From the human T2T-CHM13v2.0 reference genome, Homo sapiens: a stretch of DNA of 64,000 nt. Positions 13,518 through 27,249 of the stretch are shown piece by piece. Position 1 is the first letter of the stretch; each line of letters starts with the position of its first letter. Location of the stretch: assembly GCF_009914755.1 (NCBI RefSeq), contig NC_060937.1. One strand, written 5' to 3'. Made by a program: the position numbers and the translations under genes. A model generated the notes under the pieces. The model saw only the letters and a list, made by a program, of their open reading frames with translations, was not told where the DNA came from and made no database searches.

Positions 13518-14227
13518 CCCATGACTCCTTTCTGTGCATAGCCCTTGCTGAGTTAGAGGTTCATCCCTTTTACCGAGTCCTGTGAAGACAGGACTTATTT
13601 CCCTTTATGTTCCCTTCCGGTAACTGGGCTTGGCACTAAGAAGATGGCCAGTATGGAGGCTCTGCCCACTGACAACTGCCAAAAGGCACCGTCCACACCC
13701 CGCCTGGCAGAGCCACAGGGCCTGCCACAATGTGGGAAAGCGTCATTACCCAGCATCTGCGGTTCACTCCCACTCCAGCACCGTCATCCTCCAGGGAAGA
13801 GAAAGCAGCCACAGGCCACTCCGCACAAGAAATGCGGTAGAAAGTGTTGGTCTTCCACTAAAGTCACTCGAAAGGGACAACACATTCTCACTAGAAATCC
13901 TAGTGGGGGAGGGGCTGAAAACTCCCAAAGTGGGTGTGAACCCAGGCCTGGCACTCCGGTTCCGGGCGGACAGAGGGCCAGGGAGAGCGACGGGAACAAA
14001 ACTGGTGGCTGACTTTGCTGCACTTCTGCCTCCCAGGCAAGGTTCTTCAGGGCCGGTCAGGAAATGCAGAGAAAATGGAGACGGAGAGAAGCCAGCAACC
14101 TGAGGGTTCCCCTGAGACAGCAGGAACCAGACCCTCAGAATTCTAGGTCTCACACATGCTTTGAGGTGAAAATGGCTACCTTCACTTTTAAAGTCACTAA
14201 TAAATGAGTGATTAATTGATGAATAAC

Positions 14228-14787
14228 GATGTTTTTAAGTACAGTTTTAGGTTTACAAAAAAATGGAGCAGAAAGTACAGAGAGTTCTCGTATACCTTTT
14301 CACTGCCCCACCCCACTGCTAGGAGTTTTTCTCATTGTCAACATCTTGGATGAATATGGTACACTCGCTACAATTGAGGGGCTGATATTGATACATTGTT
14401 ATGGACTGAAGTCCAGAGTTGAGAGTTCACCCTTGGCTTTGTGAATTCTGTGGGTCTTGGCCAGTGTTGAAGGGCGTGCAGCCTCCACTGCAGCACCACG
14501 CAGAGTGGTTTCACTGCCATAGAGTCCTCTGTGCTTTGCCGATTTGTCCCTCGTTCCTTCCTCCCCCAGCTCCTGGCAGCCACTTATCTTTTTACTGTCC
14601 CCATAGTTTTGCCTGTTCTAGAACGCCCTGCAGTTGGAATCTCACAGCATCTGACCTTTTCAGATTGGCTTCTTCGCAACTTGCATAGAGGCTACCTCTG
14701 TGTCCCCTTATGGCTCGATAGCTCATTTCTTTTTATCCCCAAATAATGTTCCATTGTGTGGATGTACTGCGGTCTATCTGCCCTCAC
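14228..14787 (-). mobile_element. L1MC/L1MD 3'UTR fragment
   Basis: cagttttaggtttacaaaaaaatggagcagaaagtacagagagttc...tcttttactgtccccatagttttgcctgttctagaa...ttttcagattggcttctt...ccattgtgtggatgtac. Confidence 0.8.
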
Positions 14788-16029
14788 TTTTCAAATGAAG
14801 AAAATGATAATTTTGGAGGAAGGTGAAAAAGAAAGTGTTTTCTTCACCTATTAATTATCTTCCTATTGTTTTTCTTCTCTACTGCCTTGTCCCCAAATAA
14901 TGAAACGCTCTAAAGGTAAAGAGACTGGAAGTGAGTGAGTGGTGGGGTCTCTGAAGTGTAACTTTGTTGTTAGTGGGTCCTCGTTCTAGCCAGAACCTGC
15001 CCCGAGAGTACATATAAATACGCCGTGACCTCATTTATTAAAAATGGTGTGGTAGGCGAAGTCCTAACTGCCCTCGCGCAGGGACATCTTGGAACACTCC
15101 ATCTAATTGCTGCATTTCATTTTGCAAAAATGCTCCAGGATATGAATCATTAAAGTCATTTTATTCACCAACCCATCTTTTCAATACCAGTAACACTAGA
15201 CTTCATGTTGGGCAGATGTAGCCTGAGTCCTTAAAGAAATCTTAAACACGGAGGACTCCAGTACAGAGCCCTGAAGAAGGTAAACAATTCCGACGCCTGC
15301 TGAGTAATCCCAGCCTCCTGTGCCCGACAAGCTGGCACTTAGCCACTTTCTGGCTTGTGTTAGGTTCTTATTTTAAAGTACTCAATACTTTGTTCTGTGG
15401 TAAAAGAAGCAAGGTCTTTTTGTAAAAAGCCGCTCGAATGACTCCATTTACCAAGTGCATTACTTGGTTAATTCACAAGGAAGACAAGAATCTCAAAACA
15501 TGTGTGAAATAATAGCATACCTGATCCCACACATGCTTTGGAAGGGATTCAGCCTTTCCCATATTTGGGAAGGACATGAACCATGTGTGGTGCCAGAGAG
15601 AGCATGGGGCAGCCCAGTGCCCACCCCAGCTGACAGATGTGAAACTCAAGACAGGAAAAGGGAAAAGGGAAGCCCGGTGCAGAGGCCCAGGCTGGCAGAT
15701 GGCCTGGGCTCAGGAACCCCCAGGTAGGCACAGAGGAAGAAGGAGCAGGTGAGCCTGCTTCCCAAGTCCACCGATCAGGCTGCCCGGCTCAAGGTGAGAA
15801 TGCCCCTTCCGCCAGCCCGCATCCCACGGGGGCATAGAAATACATCAGTCAGCTCAGGTGTTGCAGCCACACATTCCTGAGCCGGAAAATTCGAGTCAGT
15901 TTTTATTTGACCAGAGATTTAGGCAGGCCAGTGTTTAAAAAACAACCAAAAAAGTAAAACTACAGAGCACTTTTGATTGTCCATGGGAATGAGGTAACTA
16001 CGCACAGAAGATCAAGGAAATGGATACTT

Positions 16030-16215
16030 TCTGAATGCTTGTGGGGCGTTCTTTCTCTTTTGATCCTCTTCTACAAATCAGCAAGAAGTGATAGTAATTC
16101 CCATTTTTACTGAGAACGAGGTTGCAGCTCAGAGAAGTCAATTAACCCTCTTACTGTTGCACAGCTAATAAATGCCAGAGTTGCAATTCAAACTCAGCTT
16201 TCTCAGCCCCAATCC
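16030..16215 (-). mobile_element. MIR
   Basis: ttcccatttttactgagaacgaggttgcagctcagagaagtc...cacagctaataaatgccagagttgcaattcaaactcag. Confidence 0.7.
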
Positions 16216-17319
16216 ATTTTCTTTCCCTTGCCCCACGCTGTGTAACCATAGATCTTATTACCATAGTGGATCTAACATATAGCAAACCTCTTCAAAAATA
16301 ATAGGCTAGAGACTTAGCTTTTTTATTCTTTTTTTTTTTTAAAAAATGTCTAATGACAAGTCATAATAATTTAGGGGACAGCAAAGTCAGATAGCAAAAG
16401 AAAACCAAGCAAAACTCAAAAACTTCATGAGTGTTTCCAAAAATGCCAAGAACATGTTATGATCTGATCACTTCTCCTTGGTGCCAGCCGAGAACGCATT
16501 CCCTAGCACCTATTTGTGCTGTCTTCTGGGACTTTGTTTCTTAGCTGATTAGTGGTGGTATTGAACTCTGCATTTTGGGTTTATTTTGTTATTGCACGAA
16601 AAACCTCCCAACAGAGCACCTTCACTACTAGACATATCTGAAATTAGTCGAGGGCTTTAAGAGTTTCTTATGAAACAAAGTCACAATGATTTACTGTGGT
16701 AGCAAGGTACGTTGATGCCACTTTGGACATCCACAGATGGAAAGATGTGACTTGTCATCCTTTAGTAAAAATTGCCAGTTTTCGCTGAAGTGTTATTTTT
16801 CTCTTGGGAGGTCACAAATGCATGAACCCTGGATGGAACTCCCTGGACAAAAGCCATTCACTGTCTTTAGAAAGAGCAAGTGTCTCCATTTACCCTGACG
16901 GACATGAACCTTTAGAAAGAGAAAGTGTCACCGTCTTTAGGAAGAGAACATGTCCAGATTTAACCCTGATGGACACGAACCTGAATCCATATGGTTCCTC
17001 CAGCCTCGTGAGCAAAGCTCCACTCACACTGGAAAGTGGTGAGTGGTAGGTGGCCTAGGTAGAGCCTGGATCAAAAGTGACTTCCTCAGGAGCTGGGGAG
17101 AGAGAGACCAGCTCTGCTGAGTGACTCCACAGCATCAGAGAGGTCCAGCAGCAGTGCAGTGGGAGCTGAGAAAACTGGGCAAGAACCGCCTCCTTTTAAT
17201 GTCTTAATCATAAATGTATACACTTAATCAGAATTTAGAAAATATATGCAGGAATAAAGGATAAAAATTAAGAATGATTGCATGGGTATATTTTTCTTTA
17301 ATTAGGTAGAAATAGGGCG

Positions 17320-17700
17320 AGGGCTTTCCTGATGAAGAGAATGGTGTCTCTGGAGGACCAGGGATGGGGTGGAGGGTGGCCTTGACTGAGAGTGGTTGGG
17401 GGTAATCAGCTACTTATTGACCGCTGGGATGGTAGCTTAAGCGGGTGGTTTGCAGGGCTTTAAGTGTCAGGGAGCAGTCTGGACTTTAATCAACATGGCA
17501 AGGCGGTGTGTGGGGTGTCATTGAGGGATTTAGGTAGGCTGTTGTGTGTGCTTCAGAAAGCTGGAACCAAGGGCTGTGTTCATGTAGACCTTCGAGAAGG
17601 CCAGCAGGGCTGTTCCAGGGAGGCGACCATCCCTAAGCTAACAGGTGGCAGTGAGATCCAGAGCGGAAGGTATGAACAAAGAGGCAGCGGACTTTTCCCT
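17320..17700 (-). mobile_element. L2 fragment
   Basis: gcagggctttaagtgtcaggg...tctggactttaatc...gtcattgagggatttaggtagg...gtgcttcagaaag, similar to L2 antisense. Confidence 0.45.
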
Positions 17701-19196
17701 CCCATGGGTGTGCAGGAAAAATAGTTGCTTATTTTTCTGATTGTTCTTCAGTTGCCAAAAAAGCAAACTCAGTTGTAGTGAGATGAAGTCGCTATACTTT
17801 GGAAGCCAAAACTCAGAAATGAAATTTCAATATTTAAAAATCAAGATTAATGTGTGACTTTTGTAATAGATTTTTAAATAATCTGTTAAGAAGTCATTTA
17901 CGTTCTGTGGAATCCTAAGGCATGAGGATGTTTTACACATTCTCTGTACCCAATATTTCTTCATGTGGTTTAGTTTAATATCCTTTATGGAAAATTACCT
18001 ATAGGACTTTGAAGTTTACTCACTAATTAGGTAATACACTAAATAACCTTCATTTATTTCATCCCAATCTTATTTTCAGTATAAAAAACCAAACATTTAT
18101 TTATTTATTTTGATAAGTCCCTCTCTTGGGAAATTCCACAGATAAACATGTATAAAATAGTTACACCTTTTCTATTTCCTGTTCTAAAGATGGACTACTA
18201 TTATTTTTCAATCAGTTTTGATCACTCTTAAAAGGATCTATCAAAATATTCTTACCAGAAATAATTGTTTATTTTCTCACAGAAATGAACTCACTCAGTG
18301 CCCTGCATCAGTGTCACAGCATTTTGCTGTTTTTAGAGATGCCAGAATAAACTTGTCCAAACGCCTTTTTTTTTTATTTTTCACACCTGAAAACAAACCA
18401 AACCAACAAACCTTGTGATTCTGCAACCTTGTGGGTCACGTGGTTCTAGTCTTTTCTTATTTAGAAAAGATGAGGGAACATTTCCCAGTGGCACAGTGAA
18501 CATGGTTGGGGCCGTGAAATGATGTGGCTCATTACTGGAATATCAAAATCGCTGCTACAAGGGAGAGGGAAAGGCAGGCACGGATCAATTCCCGGAACCC
18601 AGTGACATTTCCAAACAAGGAATAAATGTCAATAGCAGAGGTAAACACTTCAGCCCTCCAAGTTTTGTTTTCTTTTAATTAAGGAGGAAAAAATTACCTT
18701 ACCACAGAGTGGGAGTTGTCCTGGGAGTGCCTGAACCCCCTGGCGAGGGAGGGAGCTCATTTTAGGGCTCTGGCTGAGGCTTCGCCTGGTGCATCTTGCA
18801 GTAATGTTCTTGGAAGGAGAATGTGCTACGCGGGTAGTCGCCACTTACTGCAGCCATTCCTTTTCTGGATGGAGGGTCTGGATACGTTCATTAACAAAAG
18901 AGAGAATGTGTTTTCCTGAGTATAGAACCATAGGAACTGTATAGGTCCACATTTAAAACAAAACAGTTTGGAAATGTTGATTCTCTTCGTTGTTCCTCTT
19001 CTGTGTCGATGCTGTCAGACTGTAAGGTTATTCTCATAACCATGAAACACATGCAAATATACATACGCTCTCCTTCACCCACCCGCCTGTTCTGATTGAA
19101 ATCTATCAAAAAGTAAAAACCTATAGAGGTTGTATTTACCAGATTTCTTCTTTTGATTTTGTTCCTTAGGAGGGCTGCGTGGGATAAACACTTCAT

Positions 19197-19240
19197 TTCA
19201 TTAATAAAACAGTATTAATTCATTAATAAAACAGCATTAA
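19197..19240. repeat. 22-bp tandem duplication (21/22 identical)
   Basis: ttcattaataaaacagtattaa / ttcattaataaaacagcattaa. Confidence 0.9.
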
Positions 19241-20439
19241 TTAATAAATAAAACAAGTCACGTTATTTTGGTTCTCTATTGCATCTCCAGTAGGTATTAT
19301 CTCAGTAGTTCTATCCCTGGAGATGAGAGTACTCAGATCAATATCTTAGAAACATATTGTGTATTTGTTGTACTGTGAAATACTCTGCAATTATACAGTA
19401 TAGATACAGCAGGATAAAATCTATTGGCATCCAACTTGCCAATTGTAATAATTAAAAATAGTAGAGACTTTATAAAAGGTTATATAATTATTTCAGGTGG
19501 TGAATCATAACACACATATGTCAAAAGAAAAATTTGTGAGAGACAATCCTTGCTTTCAAATTGTTGGGGTCAGGGAGGTGGGCCTGGTTTCCGGGAGATC
19601 AAAGAGGACGATTACAGGTCTGGTGGCCTGGGGTTGGGGCTGCAGGAGAGAGTCTGTGGAGCTTTGTTGACTATGGAAATTGAAGGGGACTTATAAATGA
19701 AAACAGTTCCATGCACGATTTGTCATGGCACAGAGACTGGTTTCGTGAAGGAAGGTGAAGAAGTACCTTTAGACAGAGAAACCTTTAAGTCTGCATGTGT
19801 AGAAGGATGATGGAGACGAGGCAGGAAAAGCGAGGTCTCCACCGGAGCAGGTTAGGAACAAGGACGGACTTGATTCTCTATGTGGATTGAGAGTGGCAAC
19901 AGGAGATCCACTTGGAAATGACTGACAGGCATTTAAATGTGGAAGAATTCTCCCAGTAGAGGGAAGACGAAGAAACAAAAAGCCATAAAAAAAAGTACTG
20001 GAGGAGGGAGGAAAGACGGATAAAGTTGATTATATTTGTCTTGATAAAGATAATATAAACAAAGTGGAAAGACAAACAAAACCTGAGAGAGATAGTTGCA
20101 ATATGTTTGATAGACACAATTTTCACTTCCTTAATATACAAAAATATATTTTACAAATTAATAAGAGAAGAATCTGCTACCCAACAGAAAAGGGCAAAGG
20201 ATATGAATAGGCAATTTACACTGAAGGAAATACAAGTGGCTTTCAAACATATGATAAGTTGTTCAGCTTCTCTTCTAAGAAGCGAGAATTAAAACCACAA
20301 GGGGATCCTGTTTGTCTCTTATGAGACTGGAAAAGATCAAATTAGAAACACATCATGTTGGGGAGGTTACAAGGAAATGTGGAACCCAGAGTCAGCGGGA
20401 ATATAAATTCATGCATTGTCTTTGGAGGTGAATTTCAGA

Positions 20440-20959
<520 letters not shown>

Positions 20960-21203
20960 AAAATCTATGTCATGAAAGCACGTACAATCAAACATCCATT
21001 TTTTTGAATTTATCTTACAGATAATTACACATAGGCACACCAGGCTATTTTTGAGTTAAGATACAGAACAGTGTAAGCATATTTTATGTTTAAAAAGAAT
21101 ATCGACATATATGGATGATATATGCTTATATCTTCTAGAAGATGTTAGAGGGCATCAGGGTGACGAGCGTGGATGGGAAGGATATTAAACAGTGGAAGAG
21201 ATG

Positions 21204-21401
21204 TGTATTAGTCCGTTCTCATGCTGCTAATAAAGACATACCCAAGACTGGGTAATTTTAAAGGAAAGAGGTTTAATGGACTCACAGTTCCACATGGCTG
21301 TGGAGGCCTCACAATCACGGCGGAAGGCAAAGGAAGAGAAAAGGCACATCTTACGTGGTGGTGAGCAAGAGAGCATGTGCAGGGTGGCTCCCCTTTGTGT
21401 G

Positions 21402-21439
<38 letters not shown>

Positions 21440-21601
21440 CAGAGAGAGAGAGAGAGAGATTTATTCACCATCACGAGAACAGCGTGGGAAAAACCTGCCT
21501 CCATGATTCAATTACCTCCCACCAGGTCCCTCCCAAGACACGTGGGGATTATTACAATTCAAGGTGAGATTTGGGTGAGGACACAGAGCCAAACCATATC
21601 A
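21204..21601 (-). mobile_element. THE1 (THE1C-like) MaLR solo LTR with internal compound microsatellite
   Basis: tgtattagtccgttctcatgctgctaataaagacatacccaagactggg ... ggacacagagccaaaccatatca. Confidence 0.93.
21396..21459. repeat. Compound (TG)n-(AG)9 microsatellite
   Basis: Direct reading. Confidence 0.95.
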
Positions 21602-22527
21602 TTGATGGAAAAAACTGCTTAGCGAGGTGCTCTGAGAAACAGCACAGTGCCATCGGGCAGGACACAGAACAAGAGATCCAATGGGAAGCTGGAAAATTTG
21701 GAAGCCCGCTGGGCATCTGGAGACAGCAGACCCCTCCATCCACAGCAGAAAGAATTAAGGGAAGAAAGCATGAAGTGCAGGAGCCTGGAGGAGCAGGAGT
21801 GTGAATTCAACTTTGGAAAGTTACATAGACAGCTATGAAACTTGAGGTGCTGCTCAGTTTAAGGGGTGCCCTTGTCTCATTTAGTTTTAGTTTTATGTAT
21901 AATGACAACAGAGTAAGATAACTCAGTGAGCAGGAATAAGGCAGTGGAGAGGAGAGGTGGAATGTGCAGGTATCAGGAAGAATAACCAGGAAAACTCCCC
22001 CAGGAGGGGCACAGGACCGGACCAAGGTGGCCGCTGGGTAGACTGCCAGCTTCAGAAAGACAGCGGGGAGAAAAGCTATTGTTAGGAAAGCTTTTAACGT
22101 ATTTCAAGGTGGAAAAGAAGGTATGTGGGAGAACTGTCTTGAAACAGAGAGGCAGTTGGTTTTAGCAGAGGACTTGAGATCACCTGCCCAAAGCTAAGGG
22201 ATTTCCTGATCAACAGTCATTGTTTTAATTACATTTTAAAAATCTGCTACTGAAAGAATTTCCTCCAGACTTGTTTTCTTCTGATTAAATATCTCATCCC
22301 TTGCATGTATTAGATATGGAAAAAGATAAAAAGGTGTAGAGAATATTCCTGTGAATAGACTACACAAAAGACCAGATTCTGCCTCAAAAGGGGATGATGA
22401 CCTTAACAATATTCACCTTAAAGAGGTAGCTTTTCTTATTTCTAATGTGAGGGTCTGGCTAGAGTAGACTTATTCAAGCTCTGTGTTTCCTTAACTAGTT
22501 ATTTCACTAACAGTATTTAAAAAATCA

Positions 22528-22851
<324 letters not shown>

Positions 22852-23051
22852 TTATTTTAGGTGACTATTTGTTAGCTTTAAACATTTTCCCCTTATTAAA
22901 ACTTTTGGGGGTATATACAACTAATAAGTGTTCAGGGTGGGAAATTTTGCAAAGTGCCAAAAAGATACATAGAAGAATGGAATCATTTCTAGTAACCATT
23001 TGCAAACTGTGTTTTAAATATGCAGAAGTAAGGCAGTAGTGGAAATAGTAA

Positions 23052-23558
<507 letters not shown>

Positions 23559-23827
23559 TAAGTATGTTTTGGGCGTTGCCTGGCAGGGACCTTCTGTGGC
23601 TGACATTTCTGGCTGGCGAGCAGTGAAGGACGTGTCTTCCATGACGCCGTGGAATTTTACCTTGTGACTACTCAGATGTTTTTCATCACCTGTCCTTATG
23701 TTGATTTTGGTTGTTTGAAGCTCTTACTCTAGAACACTCCTCAGAGAGGGCTAATGATAACAACGTTCCCTGAGTTTCTACACATTTATATCTATTTGCG
23801 ACTTTTATATTTGACAGTCATTTGCTG

Positions 23828-24252
23828 TGTGAAAGTTGTCAGAATCGAAATGGAGTCATTTGTGTTAAAAACCCTGACAACTGGAGCTGGGGCAGGCTGT
23901 GAAGAAAGAATTCTCATGCACACATGCCTGACAACAAGAACTGTCACAAAAGGCTGCAAAAACCACAGCTTTGCACAAAGACCATTGCAACCCTACTTAC
24001 ACAAAATCCTTCTTCCAGGACATCCACCCAGCAACTGCCTGTCTGCCCCGGACTGCACCATCCTTGTTACTGATCCTTTCAAAACAATCATGTGATCCTC
24101 CGCATTTTCCTACAAAATGTCCTACCTTTGTCTTCCTCTACCTCTATGAATATGCACCTGGTTTCCTATGGCACGCACATTCCCATTGCAATGCTTGTTC
24201 CTGAATAAACATCATTTTCTTCTAGAGAGCCGCTCTGTTATTTAGGCTGACG
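23828..24252 (+). mobile_element. ERV1-class solo LTR (MER4-group-like; exact family uncertain)
   Basis: Starts tgtgaaagttgtcagaatcgaaatggagtca, has aataaa near 24204, ends taggctgac(g); near-TSD gctg/ggtg. Confidence 0.75.
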
Positions 24253-24254
24253 GG

Positions 24255-25030
24255 TGAAATACAAAATCTTTGGCTCCCATATTGTCTCCTTTGGGCATCA
24301 TAAATATAAATATTACTAAACATTGTTGTCAAAAACTCTGAAGCAAATCTGATTTTCTCTTCTTTATGAGTTGACTAATCTCTGCCTAGAGATTCAAATG
24401 ATTTTTCCTCTTTTTTTAAGCAAAATCAATAATTTTCTGGGAATTTTAGATGTTGGTGTGCTGACTCCATATGCTCAGGACTGTGGTGGTCCATTTCAAC
24501 AGATAGTTTAAGTCTTTCTTTTTATTTCAGGAAAGGTTGATTTAGTTACAAAGTTCAGTCATTACTGTTTCTTATTTGGGAAATTCTACTGTACGTATTG
24601 TGACACTTCTTTCCCCATCATCTAGGTTTTTCCACTTTTATTGAATTTTTTCCTTTTGATTTCTAAAAGTTTCCTCCTTTTAATATTCTATAAAGGTATG
24701 TGTTTCTTGTAATTTAGATCTCATTTCTAAATTTTTTAAAAAAGTTTCAACCCTTTCCTGAATTCTGTCAACTTTATTCCTGACTTATGTTGATCTTTAA
24801 TATCTTCTATTAATCTCTAATTTATTTTAGATCATTTTGAAACACTGTGGTTTCAGTTTTTATCTGCTTTGTGGACTTATCCTGCAGGTGTAATCTCATT
24901 ATCTGCAGGAACAATATTTTGTTCCTTATTCCTTTCCTTGGAGTGACTTTATATGGACTTCTGCAACCCTTTTCTGTTACTCATTTTTACCTGAGATTCA
25001 CTTTCCTGAATTTTTAGGAGGGAGAGATGA
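24255..25030 (-). mobile_element. Degraded old L1M/HAL1 ORF1-region fragment
   Basis: T-rich tract with ccatttcaacagatagtttaagtctttctttttatttcaggaaagg, resembling ancient L1 5' region in antisense. Confidence 0.4.
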
Positions 25031-25301
25031 GTCTAAAGAGTGTTTTCAGCTCCAGGCTCTGGACCTCTCTCTGGAGTTGTTTTCCTGAAACCATTAAGTG
25101 TGGGGCTGGTCCTTGTTCACCCACCCAGGATCCCTGTCCCTCCCTCTCCCCCCTTCTCTCTCCTCCCTACCATCTCTATCCTGCTCTTTTGTATTCTCTT
25201 CCCACCAGCTTCTCCTCTTTGTGGCATTGAGTCCTGGAGGGAGCTTGGCTTGTTGGTTTGAGAGTGGATCCCTAGCACTCATCCACAGGTTGGAATTTGC
25301 A

Positions 25302-25876
25302 TAAAGAACTAAAAGTAGAACTACCATTTGATCCAGCAACTTCACTACTGGGTATCTACCCAGAGGAAAAGAAGTCATTATACAAAAGAAGATACTTGCA
25401 CAGGCATGTTTATAGCAGCACAATTCACAACTGCAAAAACGTGGAACCAACCCAAATGCCCATCAATCAATGAGTGGATAAAGAAACTGTAGTGTGTGTA
25501 TGTGATGGAATACTATTTAGCCATAAAAAGGAATGAATTAATGGCATTTGCAGTGACCTGGATGAGATTGGAGCCTATCATTCTAAGTGAAGTAACTCAG
25601 GAATGGAAAACCAAATATCGTATGTTCTCACTCATAAGTGGGAGCTAAGCTATGAGGATGCAAAGGCGTAAGAATGAGACAATGGACTTTGGGAACTCAG
25701 GGGGAAAGAGCGGGAAGGGGATAAGGGATAAAATATTACAAATTGGGTGCCGGGTATACTGCTCAGGTGACGGGTGCACCAAAATCTCACAAATCACCAC
25801 TGAAGAACTTACACATGCAACGAAACACCACCTTTTCCACAATAACTTCTTATGGAAATAAAATATTTTTAAAAAA
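25302..25876 (+). mobile_element. L1PB1-like 3' end
   Basis: aaagaactaaaagtagaactaccatttgatccagcaa...gggagctaagctatgaggatgcaaaggc...ggtgacgggtgcaccaaaatctcacaaatcaccactgaagaactt. Confidence 0.92.
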
Positions 25877-27077
25877 TTAATCCAAGCATAAGAAAAGAAA
25901 GCACCTCCTGTTTCTGTTGCAGTTCTCAGTTCTCATACAGGCTCCTGTGCTTCCCAGTAAGCATCAGCAGGCTACTTGGTGGTTTCCTTGTTCTCATGTC
26001 CAGCGGCTACCCCACTGCCTGCCAACCAGACGATGATGCCACTCAGGTCTTGTGGCTGTTGTGGGTAACTTTCTAGCATTTTGAATGTCATGTCACCTAG
26101 TTTTGTTGCAAATGTTTCTTACTTTCTGTTGTGCTATCCTACTTGTATTGTGAGTTTTTAGTGGGGAGTGGGTGGGATTTCAAGAGGATCACAAACAACA
26201 CTACCATAGCCAACTTCCAAAAGAGTACTTCGGAAAGTTTTGTAGTCCTTTTATATGTTTCTTAGTCTAATTTTTGAATGAAAGGCTAAGAAACGCTGTT
26301 TTGTTTTTGTTTGTTTGTTTGTTTTAGCTAACTGCTGGTTTACTGGGAAGGGATAGCAGTCTTTCAAGATGATAATACTAAAAGTAATATATTTTACTAT
26401 TTGAAAGGGTCAAATCAGAAAGATTCATAGAGAATATGATGGAAAATTCAATATGGCATCTTGGCAAAATAAAGATGAGGCTAAATATGGGACTAAACCC
26501 CCTTTATTTTCCTTTTGAGTTGCTTGGAATTTTTTAAATGATCTTCATCACCATTCAGAATATTCATTAAATCTTATTCACACTGAGGACTCTTTGAAAT
26601 TGGAGAATCTGTAAAGTCAGTCTTTACAGGCAAAGTTAAAGAAGAGAATACAAGTCTAAACCCCTCCAGGCCCCCGGCCCCCACACACACCCTCACACAC
26701 ACGACTTTATTATTTTCTCTTACAGCTAGACAACAAATATGCTTTTATCGTCCACCCTGAAGATCACAATGTTATTTTCCTTCATTCTATTAATATAGAC
26801 CAATTAAGTTAATGCGTCCCCTGGCATGCCTTAATTCCTGGAAGATCATATTTTACTGGACTTCTTACATTTGCTTTCATCTTTACTAAATTAGAATGAA
26901 AGTGAAATCCATTATGGATATTACAAGAAAGGCTGCCTTTGCAAGGGGAAAAGTGTTCCTTCTCTCTTTTTCTTTCTTTTTTTTTTCCTCCTAAATAGAG
27001 ATGGCTCTATGTCATAGGGTAGAGATTAAAGATGGCATCTTCCAGGAGGCCATAGGAGGGGATATGCACTTGAAACT

Positions 27078-27235
27078 CAGCAATGCTTATCTGTTCGTCC
27101 TCTAATTATTAAGCTACCAATGCTGGGATCCCACTCGCAGAGTTCATGGTTTAGGCCAGTCTTGGGCAGAGATGCCTTGGTTTCTTAATCTCCACAGGTG
27201 ATCCTGGCGGACATCCAGGGTTGAGAAACATGGTC
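27078..27235. mobile_element. MER5-type hAT-Charlie MITE, degraded
   Basis: ctccacaggtgatcctggcggacatccagggttgagaaaca resembles the MER5 terminus. Confidence 0.5.
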
Positions 27236-27249
27236 TAGAACACAGACCT

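Noticed and set aside
13630-14153. Overlapping 120-157 aa ORFs on both strands in a GC-richer patch
   Set aside because: No recognisable domain; stop-codon scarcity is explained by GC content; no coherent exon structure.
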